Origin: Bifidobacterium breve
Lineage (GTDB): Bacteria; Actinomycetota; Actinomycetes; Nanopelagicales; Nanopelagicaceae
Length of the DNA: 40,000 nt
Direction: 5' to 3'
Assembly (NCBI GenBank): GCA_945881945.1
Contig: CAMCVO010000008.1
Span: 24,461-64,460 of the forward strand
The stretch's first letter is position 1. Every line of letters starts with the position of its first letter. The notes under the pieces are model-generated. The model was not told where the DNA came from, made no database searches, and worked only from the letters and a program-made list of their open reading frames with translations. Position numbers and translations under genes: made by a program. Below are positions 1-9,800 of the stretch, one piece after another.

Positions 1-288
1 ATTGCACACCCAATGGCATCACATCGCGGCAGAACTATCTCACTTGAAACCTTTGGATCTTTGATTGATGCAGGTCTAGATGGTGTTGAGGTTGATCACC
101 GGGATCATTCACCGGATGAAAAAACTCAGCTTATCGAATTGGCCAAGCAAAATAGTCTAGTGATGACTGGGGCTAGTGATTACCATGGAAATGGAAAGCT
201 AAACCAGTTAGGTGAGTACGTAACGATGCCAGAACAGTGGGAGAGATTAGAGGCTAGAGCTAATAAACGCCGAGTAATTAAACTCTAA
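1..288 (+). CDS. PHP-domain metal-dependent phosphoesterase (TrpH/YciV-like), C-terminal fragment; the 5' end lies outside the window
   Basis: The frame is open from base 1 (IAHPMASHRGRTISLE...), upstream of the listed ATG at 13. The GLDGVEVDHRDHSPDEK...GASDYHG pattern is typical of a PHP C-terminus. Confidence 0.85.
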   Translation: MAHPMASHRGRTISLETFGSLIDAGLDGVEVDHRDHSPDEKTQLIELAKQNSLVMTGASDYHGNGKLNQLGEYVTMPEQWERLEARANKRRVIKL

Positions 289-552
289 TTATTGATTTGC
301 AAAGCCCACATGGCGATCAGCTGATTCGCCAACTTCAACATAACTTATTTTGTTATGTGGAACTAAAATTTCTCGTCCTTTACTGTCACTTAGTGCTAAA
401 ACAGTTGCTGATTTAATCGCCTCATTAACCTTTGCGATCACCTCAGAGCTTGTGCTTGGAGATTCAAAATTAATCTCATGGGTACTATCTGAAATACCAA
501 TTTTGACCTCTGTTTTACCTGAACCTTTACCTGCAGATTTTGTGGATGCCAT
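289..552 (-). CDS. DUF3107-like small actinobacterial protein
   Basis: 87 aa ORF (TEVKIGISDSTHEINFESPSTSSEVIAKVNEAI...YVEVG), resembling the DUF3107 family adjacent to a TetR gene. Confidence 0.75.
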   Translation of the reverse strand: MASTKSAGKGSGKTEVKIGISDSTHEINFESPSTSSEVIAKVNEAIKSATVLALSDSKGREILVPHNKISYVEVGESADRHVGFANQ

Positions 553-589
553 GTGACAACTCTATCTATTGCTTGAAGGGTTTGCGAAT

Positions 590-1198
590 CTAGGATTGTG
601 ACTTAGGAAACCCAGAAATACCTCGCCAAATTAAATTCATGACTAATTCAGTAGCCCGCTTGCGGTCAATTTTTCCATCTCGATCTAACCAATGTCGGGC
701 TGTCGTTTGAACTGTGCCGATGATTCCTACTGCAAGCATCATTGATTCTTCTTTACCTAAACCGGTATCAATTGAAATGACTGCACTAACTGCTGCTGCA
801 CAGTCATATGTCATTCGGTTAAGTCGCTCCCGTACCTGCGGCTCTAAATTCATATCACTTTCAAAAAGTAGGCGGAAAGCTTCACCTTCAGAATCAATGA
901 AGCCAAAGTAGGCCTCAACCGTTGCGGCCACTCGTGATGAATTCTCACGATTAGATGCAATTGCTTTTTGAATTGCAAAAACCAAAGAATCGATGTGCAA
1001 GTCAAGCACCGCTAAATAAAGTTCTAGTTTTGAGGGAAAGTGCTGATACAAGACTGGCTTACTCACGTTTGCACGATCTGCAATCTCATCCATCGCAGCG
1101 GAGTGGTAACCGGCAGCAGTAAATACCTCCAAGGCCGCAACTAGTAGTTGCGCACGACGCTCATCCCGTGGTAATCGAGCAGACTTATCATCGACCAT
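590..1198 (-). CDS. TetR/AcrR family transcriptional regulator
   Basis: N-terminal HTH: RRAQLLVAALEVFTAAGYHSAAMDEIADRANVSKPVLYQHFPSKLELYLAVL. Confidence 0.93.
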   Translation of the reverse strand: MVDDKSARLPRDERRAQLLVAALEVFTAAGYHSAAMDEIADRANVSKPVLYQHFPSKLELYLAVLDLHIDSLVFAIQKAIASNRENSSRVAATVEAYFGFIDSEGEAFRLLFESDMNLEPQVRERLNRMTYDCAAAVSAVISIDTGLGKEESMMLAVGIIGTVQTTARHWLDRDGKIDRKRATELVMNLIWRGISGFPKSQS

Positions 1199-1259
1199 TA
1201 GAGAATTCTAATCTGTAATTACTTACTTTGTCAGTTTCTCTCATATTTATAGTTATATT

Positions 1260-2132
1260 GTGTGGGTGAAATCAGCAAAAAGATTATTATTGGTTCACGC
1301 TCATCCTGATGATGAAACAATTAATAATGGCGTCACTATGGCGAAATATGCTGCCGACGGTATCAATGTCACGTTAGTAACTTGTACTAGGGGTGAAGAG
1401 GGTGAAGTTTTAGTTGATTCCTTGCTGAATTTAGCCAGTAGTAAAGATGACAAGCTAGGTGAGCATCGTGAAGTTGAATTAAAAAATGCAATGGATGAAT
1501 TAGGGATTAAAGATTTTAGATTTCTTGGTGCACCTAACAAAAAATGGCGTGACAGCGACATGATGGGCACACCACAAAATGATCGCAAAGATGTCTTTTG
1601 GCAAGCAGATTTGGATGAAGTAGCGAATGAACTAGTAAAAATTATTTTAGAAACAAAACCTCAAGTATTGATTACATATGATGAATTTGGTGGGTACGGC
1701 CACCCTGATCATATAAAGGCTCACCAAATAGCGATGCGAGCAGCAGAGATTGCTAGCCAGCAGGATTGGCAAGTTAGCAAAATTTATTGGAATACGACGC
1801 CTAGATCTGTTATACAGATGGGGATCGACAAAATGAAAGAGGTTGGCTCAGAGTTCTTTGGTGCAGAAAATGCTGATGATCTTCCGTTTGCAAAGCCAGA
1901 TGAGCTAGTTACCTCTGTTGTTAAAGCACCTGAGTATGTTCCACATAAATTAGCTGCGATGAAGGCACATGCCACTCAAATTTCAGTAGATGGTCCTTTC
2001 TTTGCCTTATCAAATAATCTTGGCTTATCAGTATGGGGAGATGAGTACTACACCTTGGTAAAAGGGGAGCTTGCTGGACCATTTGATGAAAATGGTCGGG
2101 AATTAGATTTGTTTGCTGGAGTTAAGTTGTGA
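1260..2132 (+). CDS. mshB: PIG-L family deacetylase, probable mycothiol biosynthesis deacetylase MshB
   Basis: KRLLLVHAHPDDETINNGVTMAKYAADG...VTLVTCTRGEEGEVL and GYGHPDHIKAHQ. It resembles MshB more than Mca. Confidence 0.88.
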   Translation: MWVKSAKRLLLVHAHPDDETINNGVTMAKYAADGINVTLVTCTRGEEGEVLVDSLLNLASSKDDKLGEHREVELKNAMDELGIKDFRFLGAPNKKWRDSDMMGTPQNDRKDVFWQADLDEVANELVKIILETKPQVLITYDEFGGYGHPDHIKAHQIAMRAAEIASQQDWQVSKIYWNTTPRSVIQMGIDKMKEVGSEFFGAENADDLPFAKPDELVTSVVKAPEYVPHKLAAMKAHATQISVDGPFFALSNNLGLSVWGDEYYTLVKGELAGPFDENGRELDLFAGVKL

Positions 2133-2452
2133 ATCTAATACAGAGTGCTTTTTTTGGTGCACTACTTGGCTTTTGTGGAACTATGTTGCATAACTTCAGC
2201 CAACCAATTGGATTTATTATTTCTTTGATATTGACTTATCTGGGCTTTAAAGTTGTTGGACAAAAGTTCATCTATCTTCGCTACCAAGTTATTGCTGCTG
2301 CCAGCTGGCTGGCATTAGTAATTCGGGCCAGTACCCCATGGTCAGGGGATGAAATTCTGATTACCGGTAATACCCTTGGAAATTTATTTCTGTTAGGCGG
2401 TTTTACTACCATAATTATAAGTATGTTTAAGAGCCGTTCGAGATTTAATTAA
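2129..2452 (+). CDS. Small integral membrane protein of unknown function
   Basis: 107 aa hydrophobic ORF with a 4-nt overlap with mshB, implying co-translation. Confidence 0.7.
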   Translation: MNLIQSAFFGALLGFCGTMLHNFSQPIGFIISLILTYLGFKVVGQKFIYLRYQVIAAASWLALVIRASTPWSGDEILITGNTLGNLFLLGGFTTIIISMFKSRSRFN

Positions 2453-3845
2453 TTATCCAATCCCAGCTTTGTCCAGATTTACTATCTTTAACCGCAACAC
2501 CTAGTTTTTCTAACTCATTGCGAAGTTGATCACTCTGGCTAAAATCCCCAGATTTTCTAGCTACCTCTCGCTGTTGTAATAGCTTTTGCGCATCAAGTGA
2601 TAGCTCTTTTTGAGCGATTTGATTTAGCAGTTTTAATCCGAATAGCTGATCCACAGATTTAAACACAAGGTGCTTACTGCCATCACTTATCGATTCAGAT
2701 TTTTCAAGATTTCTTAACTTTTGAAGTGCCCTTGGGGTATCAAGATCTTGTCTAAAATCGGTGACTATCTCCTCAATAATTTTTTGAGTTAAAGGTGAAT
2801 CTATATTTGTATCTTGTTGCCAAATTTGAATCTTCTCTCGCCACCGTTGTAAAAGGCTGTGTGCTGCTTTCAAACTGTCCCAACTTAAATCCATTTGGCT
2901 TCGGTATCTATTTTCTAAAAAGCACAATCTAAGCGCTAGAGGGTCAATATGTTTTTCAATAAGATCAGAGATTAGAACAACATTTCCAGTACTTTTTGCC
3001 ATCTTTCTTCCTTCAAAAAGAAGATGTTCACCATGTACCCAGAGTTCAACTGCCTCCTTATCAATTGCACAGTTAGATTGCGCACGTTCATCCTCATGGT
3101 GTGGAAACCTAAGATCGATTCCGCCAAGGTGTAAATCAACAAACTCATCTAAATAATGCAGCGACATTGCCGAACACTCAATGTGCCAGCCCGGAAATCC
3201 CTTACCCCAAGGAGAGTCCCAGATCATTTGCGTTCTATCACCAGCTGCCTTCCATAACGCCCAGTCCGCATGAAATCTCTTCGCGCCATCTTCGGTGTAT
3301 TCAAATCGATGACCTGGTTTTAGTGAATCCAATCGATTTCCACTGATTACGCCATAACCTGGAAATGATTGCGCGGAAAAGTAAACACAGTTGTCACTGC
3401 CAACATAGGCATGATTTTTTGCAATTAATTTTGAGATTAAATCTTGCATCATCTCTATACATTCACTTGCCTTGGGATACTTATCAGCAGGTGTGATATT
3501 TAAGTTAGATAAATCCATATGGAATCTAGCCTCATAAATTCTAGCTATTTCAAATGGATCCTTTGACTCAGCTTTAGCTTGCGCAAGGATTTTATCCTCT
3601 ACAAAATCCTCTGACATATGGCCGACATCAGTAATATTTTGAATGAACTCAACATCATGGCCAAGGTATTTAGCTATTCTAGTTACCAAATCTCCAAGTA
3701 AAAAAGTCCGCATATTTCCAACATGTGCGTCACGATAAACAGTTGGACCACAGCTGTAAATTCTTATTCTTTTGCCATCACTACTTTTTAATGGTTGTAA
3801 CTTTCTACTTTTTGTATCAAATAGTGAAATCTCAGCAATGTTCAT
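2445..3845 (-). CDS. Cysteinyl-tRNA synthetase family protein (class I, CysS/MshC superfamily)
   Basis: IRIYSCGPTVYRDAHVGNMRTFLLGD, PGWHIECSAMS, GGIDLRFPHHEDERAQS and KMAKSTGN. The start is moved from 3866 to the ATG at 3845, which overlaps the upstream stop as ATGA. Confidence 0.88.
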   Translation of the reverse strand: MNIAEISLFDTKSRKLQPLKSSDGKRIRIYSCGPTVYRDAHVGNMRTFLLGDLVTRIAKYLGHDVEFIQNITDVGHMSEDFVEDKILAQAKAESKDPFEIARIYEARFHMDLSNLNITPADKYPKASECIEMMQDLISKLIAKNHAYVGSDNCVYFSAQSFPGYGVISGNRLDSLKPGHRFEYTEDGAKRFHADWALWKAAGDRTQMIWDSPWGKGFPGWHIECSAMSLHYLDEFVDLHLGGIDLRFPHHEDERAQSNCAIDKEAVELWVHGEHLLFEGRKMAKSTGNVVLISDLIEKHIDPLALRLCFLENRYRSQMDLSWDSLKAAHSLLQRWREKIQIWQQDTNIDSPLTQKIIEEIVTDFRQDLDTPRALQKLRNLEKSESISDGSKHLVFKSVDQLFGLKLLNQIAQKELSLDAQKLLQQREVARKSGDFSQSDQLRNELEKLGVAVKDSKSGQSWDWIIN

Positions 3846-4024
3846 TTGCTTGGCACAACCTTCCAAATAGCAATTTTTGCTGGATCAAAGGAAACTACGG
3901 TGCCATCCTTCTTTCGGAGTGTGTTCTCACTCTCTAAAATACCGAGAATGTCCCGGTAGCCACCAGCTGGATCATGCAGGCGAATACTGACCCGCTGACC
4001 TATTTGTGCCGCAGATGGCTGCAC
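3842..4024 (-). CDS. Small 60 aa SH3-like protein, similar to the N-terminal domain of an actinobacterial GNAT acetyltransferase
   Basis: QIGQRVSIRLHDPAGGYRDILGILESENTLRKKDGTVVSFDPAKIAIWKVVP. It overlaps the downstream CysS-like gene by ATGA. Confidence 0.65.
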   Translation of the reverse strand: MQPSAAQIGQRVSIRLHDPAGGYRDILGILESENTLRKKDGTVVSFDPAKIAIWKVVPSK

Positions 4025-4117
4025 TTGACCCCCTCCATTAAACTCGCCTCCAGTTAGAGTATGAGTTAATGGCAGTATTCTCTACCTATATAGCTGGATA
4101 TAACTGTAAGGAGAAGC

Positions 4118-4438
4118 GTGACCTACATAATTGCTCAACCATGTGTTGATGTGAAAGATAAATCCTGCATTGAAGAGTGCCCAGTGGATTGCATCTATGA
4201 GGGTGACCGCATGCTTTATATCCAACCTGATGAGTGTGTTGATTGTGGTGCATGCGAGCCAGTCTGCCCAGTAGAAGCTATTTACTATGAAGATGATGTG
4301 CCTTCGCAATGGAAGAACTACAGCGAGGTCAATACTAAGTTTTTTGTGGAGATTGGATCCCCTGGCGGTGCAGCTAAGTTAGGTCCAGTTGGTAAAGATC
4401 ATGAAATAGTTGCTGCCCTGCCACCTCAAGAAAAGTAG
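4118..4438 (+). CDS. fdxA: Ferredoxin, 7Fe/8Fe type
   Basis: CVDVKDKSCIEECPVDCIYEGDRMLYIQPDECVDCGACEPVCPVEAIYYEDDVP, GTG start. Confidence 0.95.
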   Translation: MTYIIAQPCVDVKDKSCIEECPVDCIYEGDRMLYIQPDECVDCGACEPVCPVEAIYYEDDVPSQWKNYSEVNTKFFVEIGSPGGAAKLGPVGKDHEIVAALPPQEK

Positions 4439-4444
4439 GCAAAC

Positions 4445-5491
4445 CTGAATCTGCCAGATTTTCCTTGGGATCTTTTGGCGCCCTTTGGTGATAAAGCTCG
4501 AAAATATCCCGGCGGTTTTATTGATCTCTCACAAGGCACACCCGTTGACCCAACTCCACAATTTATTCAAGATGTATTTTCAGCTGCCAGCAACTCACCT
4601 AGTTATCCAGTAGTTGCCGGAACTGCATCACTTAAAGATGCCATAAGGAAATGGTCGGTTGAAAATTTAGGGGTTACTGGCGATTTTGATGTGCTGCCAA
4701 CCATTGGCTCAAAAGAGTTTATTGCTTTACTGCCAACTTTTTTACAAAGTAAAAATGTTTTGTATCCAAAGGTTGCTTATCCAACCTATTTAGTAAGTGC
4801 CATGATGGCCTCCGCCCAAGCTACACCAGTTGATATTGATGCAAGTAGTTGGCCAAAAGCTGATTTAGCTTGGTTAAACTCACCATCAAACCCAACAGGT
4901 CAGGTGCAAACAGATCAAGAGTTAAATGCGTGTATCACCTGGGCTCGTAAGAATCAGGCGATTTTGGCAAGTGATGAGTGCTACTTAAGTTTTTCCGATG
5001 ATGCTAAATCTATTTTGGCGCTAGCAAATGGTGATAACACTGGTTTGCTGGCTGTGTTATCACTTTCAAAGCGATCTAATCTGGCTGGGTATCGAGCCGG
5101 CTTTGTTGTAGGAGATAGCAAACTAATTGATCAAATTAGACAGGTAAGAAAACATGCTGGATTGATGGTACCGCTGCCAGTGCAACAGGCGATGATCACC
5201 GCATTATCTGATGAGAAACATGTTAAAGAGCAAGCAGATCGCTATCGAAATCGTCGGCAGATGTTAAAGCAAGCACTCCTAAGTCAAGGATTTAAAATTG
5301 AATATAGCCAAGCTGGTTTATACATCTGGTGTACTAGAGGTGAAGATGGCTATAAAACCGTGGATTACTTTGCTGAACTAGGTATTTTGGTAACACCTGG
5401 GGCTTTTTATGGCAGTGATAATTATGTACGAATTGCACTGACTGCAACGGATGAAAATATAAAGCAAGTGGTAGATCGAATAAAGATATGA
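4445..5491 (+). CDS. dapC: Succinyldiaminopimelate transaminase / class I-II aminotransferase; the true start is probably a CTG upstream of the listed TTG (4475)
   Basis: VDPTPQFIQ, KVAYPTYLVSAMMA, WLNSPSNPTGQV and SLSKRSNLAGYRAGF, located directly after ferredoxin as in other actinobacteria. Upstream in-frame sequence encodes NLPDFPWDLLAPFGDKA. Confidence 0.88.
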   Translation: MNLPDFPWDLLAPFGDKARKYPGGFIDLSQGTPVDPTPQFIQDVFSAASNSPSYPVVAGTASLKDAIRKWSVENLGVTGDFDVLPTIGSKEFIALLPTFLQSKNVLYPKVAYPTYLVSAMMASAQATPVDIDASSWPKADLAWLNSPSNPTGQVQTDQELNACITWARKNQAILASDECYLSFSDDAKSILALANGDNTGLLAVLSLSKRSNLAGYRAGFVVGDSKLIDQIRQVRKHAGLMVPLPVQQAMITALSDEKHVKEQADRYRNRRQMLKQALLSQGFKIEYSQAGLYIWCTRGEDGYKTVDYFAELGILVTPGAFYGSDNYVRIALTATDENIKQVVDRIKI

Positions 5492-6459
5492 AAACGGGTG
5501 CCATTTTACTTGTTGGTGGCATGGGGACCAGATTGTTGCCCCTCACCTTAAAGACTCCAAAGCCGATGTTACAAGTAGCTGGCGTACCATTTACTGAGCA
5601 CCAAATTAGAAAAGCAGCTGGTGCTGGAATTTCTGAGATTGTCTTAGCCACCTCCTATAAATCTGAGTTATTTGAACCTTACTTTGGTGATGGTGAAAAG
5701 TTTGGTATCAAAATTAAGTATGCGGTGGAGCATTCAGCATTGGGCACTGGTGGTGGAATTAGAAATGCAGCCAAACTACTTTCAAGTTGTGATCAGATAG
5801 TAATTTTCAATGGTGATGTGTTAAGCGGTCATAATCTAAAGGGTCAGATTGAGTTTCACCAACAATGTAAGGCGGATGTAACCTTGTACCTAACTCAGGT
5901 TTTAGATGCTAGGCCCTATGGCTGTGTTGAGTTACAAGGTGATAACCGAGTGAAATCATTTTTAGAGAAGATGGAAAATCCCATCAGCAATCAGATAAAT
6001 GCTGGGTGCTATATCTTTAATCAAGATGTAATTAATCAGATTCCGCCAGATCAGGTAGTAAGTGTGGAGCGAGATACCTTCCCTAAATTACTTTCTGCAG
6101 GGGTGAAAGTTTTTGGATATGTAGATAACTCATACTGGCTTGATATCGGCACGCCAGCTGCCTTAGTTAAGGCATCAGCTGATTTGGTAACTGGTGTTAT
6201 CTCATCTTTGGCCACCCCATCACACACTGCAGATGCTTTGATTTTCCCAACTGCAAAAATTGGAGCTGGTTGTGAAATCAATAATGGTTCGGTAATTGAA
6301 GGTGAGGTTGCACTTGATAGTAATTGCCAAATTAGCGGTTCAATTATTGGCCAGGGTGCGAAAATAGGTGCCAATTGCAAAATAATCGACTCCATAATCG
6401 CTCCAGGGGCTCAAATTGAGGCTGGAATGGTGGTCCTAACCAATTATTTAGGCTTCTAA
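5488..6459 (+). CDS. Nucleotidyltransferase with left-handed beta-helix C-terminus, probable mannose-1-phosphate guanylyltransferase
   Basis: AILLVGGMGTRLLPLTLKTPKPMLQVAGVPFTEHQI and C-terminal hexapeptide-like repeats (KIGAGCEINNGSVIEGEVALDSNCQI). 4-nt overlap with dapC. Confidence 0.88.
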   Translation: MKTGAILLVGGMGTRLLPLTLKTPKPMLQVAGVPFTEHQIRKAAGAGISEIVLATSYKSELFEPYFGDGEKFGIKIKYAVEHSALGTGGGIRNAAKLLSSCDQIVIFNGDVLSGHNLKGQIEFHQQCKADVTLYLTQVLDARPYGCVELQGDNRVKSFLEKMENPISNQINAGCYIFNQDVINQIPPDQVVSVERDTFPKLLSAGVKVFGYVDNSYWLDIGTPAALVKASADLVTGVISSLATPSHTADALIFPTAKIGAGCEINNGSVIEGEVALDSNCQISGSIIGQGAKIGANCKIIDSIIAPGAQIEAGMVVLTNYLGF

Positions 6460-6485
6460 TTTTCCCCAATTTGCATAATCTCGAC

Positions 6486-6514
6486 TTGACTTAATCGAGT
6501 TACAAGCGTGTAAT
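6486..6514 (+). promoter_or_regulatory. Candidate sigma70-type promoter upstream of the whiB gene
   Basis: TTGACT (6486-6491), N17, TGTAAT (6509-6514), about 70 nt upstream of the ATG at 6585. Confidence 0.5.
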
Positions 6515-6584
6515 TATCCTATTAGTGGGCACACCCCAAGCCCTAAAGTTTTTTAAGGTAGTACCGATGACACATAGGAGAGAT

Positions 6585-6851
6585 ATGTCAGAACAACGTG
6601 CAGATCTAACAGCCCTAGTAGTTAACTCAGAGCAGCTTTCCTGGCAGGAGCGCGCTCTATGCGCTCAAACCGATCCAGAGGCCTTCTTTCCTGAGAAGGG
6701 TGGATCAACCAGAGAGGCCAAGCGAGTGTGCCTATCCTGTGAGGTTCGGGCTGAGTGTTTGGAGTACGCCCTAGCTCATGATGAGCGGTTTGGAATTTGG
6801 GGTGGATTATCTGAACGTGAACGTCGTCGCTTAAAGCGCCGTAGCGCATAA
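6585..6851 (+). CDS. WhiB-family [4Fe-4S] transcriptional regulator, WhiB2/WhmD-like
   Basis: ALCAQTDPEAFFPEKGGSTREAKRVCLSCEVRAECLEYALAHDERFGIWGGLSERERRRLKRR. The start is moved from 6525 to the internal ATG beginning MSEQRAD. Confidence 0.93.
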   Translation: MSEQRADLTALVVNSEQLSWQERALCAQTDPEAFFPEKGGSTREAKRVCLSCEVRAECLEYALAHDERFGIWGGLSERERRRLKRRSA

Positions 6852-6859
6852 AATTACGG

Positions 6860-9800
6860 GTGGCTGAAAAGCAAAGCACCAGGGCGCAAGCCCAACTTAA
6901 AGACCAGTTTGTAACAGCAATAGTTGTTACACATGATGGTGTCACCTGGCTTAGCGAGGTTGTGGCATCGCTATCTTCACAAAAACATAAAGTTGATCAA
7001 ATTATCGCAGTTGATACTGGCTCAATAGATGGCTCAGTCAAATTATTAACAAATGCCGGCATTGAAGTAATAAAAAAATCTAGACGAACTGGTTTTGGCG
7101 CTGCGATTTCAGCTGCGGTTGCAAAACTTGCTCCGTTAGATGATGAGAGCCAGCAAGAGTGGCTTTGGATCTTGCATGATGATTGCGCCCCAGATCGGTA
7201 TGCGCTGGCTAAATTATTAGAAGCAGTTGTTGCCCGTCCGCAGGTTGGCATTGCTGGGCCAAAAATTCTTGGTTGGTATGACCGCAAACATATTTTAGAG
7301 GTGGGATTAAGCATTACTGAAAATGGCACTCGCTGGACTGGTTTAGAAGATCGAGAGCATGACCAAGGTCAGCATGATCAAGTCAAAGATGTATTGGCAG
7401 TTAGCACTGCAGGCATGTTGATTAAAAGATCACTCTTTGAAGAGTTAGGCGGTTTTGATCCAAGCCTAGAGTTATTTAGAGATGATATAGATATTGGTTG
7501 GCGAGCGCATATTGCTGGTCACTCGGTAATCTGTGTTGGCGAAGCAATCCTTTACCACGCAGAGGCTGCCGCATCAGAGCGCAGATCAGTTGATGTGCGT
7601 GATGCAATTTTGCACCGCCCTCTGCTATTAGATAGAAGAAATGCAGCCTTTGTGCTGTTGGCAAACTCAAGTTGGTGGATACTGCCTTGGGTTGCTATTC
7701 AACTTCTTTTTACCTCAATTGGTCGATCCATAATTTACTTGCTTGCAAAACTTCCAGGATATGCAGCAGATGAGATTGCTGCAGTTGGTTTGTTGATATT
7801 TAAGCCCGCAGATTTAATTAAATCTCGTCGCTATCGCAGATCAAGTCGAGTCTTAACTGCTCGAGTGATAAAACCATTTATTCCAAGTCGGGGCCTACAG
7901 ATCAGATCAATCATCGAACGTATCTCCTCCTCTCTTGTTAGCGCTTTTAAACCGAACCGAGGCGAAGGCCAATCAATTGGGGCAAAGAATTACTCAGACC
8001 TTGGAGTAATTGACGAAAGCTTTGATGAAATTCAGTATCAATCAAGTAAGAGTTTTAGCAAAATTAGATCTTTAGTAAGGCAACCGCTCTTATTAGGAGT
8101 CACGCTAACTTTATTCATCTCATTTCTATATTCAAGAAACCGTTATGGATCTCTGTCTGGTGGTGCTATGGCTGTGGCACCAGATAGTGCATCTGAAATG
8201 ATTGCATCATTTGTTAGTTCATGGCAATTGGTAGGACTTGGCAGTAGTCAAGCTGCACCAGCATGGATACCTGTAATCGGTATCGCATCATTTATAACTG
8301 CGGCTAACCCACAGACCTTTATCGCTGCTTTGTTCTTCTTAACTCCCACTCTATTGTTTATTCTCAGCTATCGTGCCGCAAGGAAATACTCACTAACAAA
8401 GCAGTCCAGCGCGTTTGTGGCTTTTTTATACTCTTTCTCCCCTGCCGTTTTAACTGCTATAAATCAAGGGCGCCTGGGAACAATTGTTATAGCAATCCTG
8501 TTGCCTGGTCTTTTTACGCTACTTGAAAAAAATCAAGGATTATCTGATTTAACCTGGCGCAAAATATTTTCAATAGTTTTAATTGCATCCTTGGCTGGCA
8601 CTTTCTCTCCCTTATTTTTGCTCAGTTGGATTATTTTTCACACAGTTCTATTTTTTTATAGCTACTTTACCTCTCCAAATTGGCAACTTTTCAACTGGCG
8701 GGAAATCTCAAGGAATTTAGGAGATGAAAAATACAAGAAGCGGGCTGCATTAATTTTCATGCCTTTTTTTGTGAATTTACCAATTTCATTAAGCTTAATT
8801 TTAAATCCAGTTGCAGCATTAAAGGAGCCAGGATTAGCTGTTGAATCTGCTGGCCCATCATCAATTTTCCTGTTTAACCTTGGCGGACCAGGCTCTCCAC
8901 CACTTTTTCTATTGTCACCAGTACTCCTCTATTTAGTTGCGGCACTGATCTCTAAAGGTCAACGTAATGCTGCAATTCTCTCTTTGTTTTCAATTTCCAT
9001 GGCAGCAACACTAAGTTCATACTTTATCGAAGGAAATAGTAGTAACGCTGAAAGAATCTGGAGCGGTCCATTAGTAATTTTCGCTCAGTTGCTAACCTTA
9101 CTTTCGTTCTTTGCTATTACTGAAACACTGATTCCACAACTTAAGCGAAGCAACTTTGGAATAAAACATATTGGACTAGCGGCATCTGCTGTGATAACTG
9201 TTATTTCGATTATTTCAATCTCAATTTGGACAGCAACTACGGGAGCTAATTCTTTAGTTCGTTCAAACCAAGAACAAGTAATTCCAGCATTTATCAGTGA
9301 TTTAGCATCCACAACTGAGCGTCCAAAAACTTTAGTAATTAGAAAGAGCCCAGAGCAATTACAATATTTTGTCACCAGAGGTGGTGATCTACAGATCGGT
9401 AATGCTGATGTGGCTAGTAAAACACCTTCACAATTTCATGACACTATCGTGGACTTAGTAAATGGAGTTGGCGGAAGTAGCAGCCAGATACTTGGTTACT
9501 ACGGAATTCAATATGTATTCATGAAGAATCCAGCAGATGCTGGTTTAGTTCGAATTATTGATGGAATTGGTGGATTTACTCGAAGCTCTGCAACAAAAGA
9601 TGGGGTGGTATGGAAAGTTGATAAAGCCCATGCCAGAGTTACATACCAAAATAAAGTTGGTAAATTCTTTCCAATCAGCTCTTCCGATACGGCAGCTACC
9701 TCCTTTGTTCCTGGCGAAGGTGTAATTTTGCTGGCAGAAAAATTTGATAAATCATGGCAATTATTACTCAATGGAAAAGTTATGGAACTTGAGCAGCATC

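Noticed and set aside
714-911. 65 aa plus-strand ORF inside the TetR gene
   Set aside because: Antisense to a well-supported TetR gene; low-complexity, no family resemblance.
1301-1975. Minus-strand ORFs 1301-1588 and 1784-1975
   Set aside because: Antisense shadows of mshB.
5334-6395. Minus-strand ORFs 5334-5651 and 6051-6395
   Set aside because: Antisense shadows of dapC and the nucleotidyltransferase. The repetitive look of the second comes from the hexapeptide-repeat region on the coding strand.
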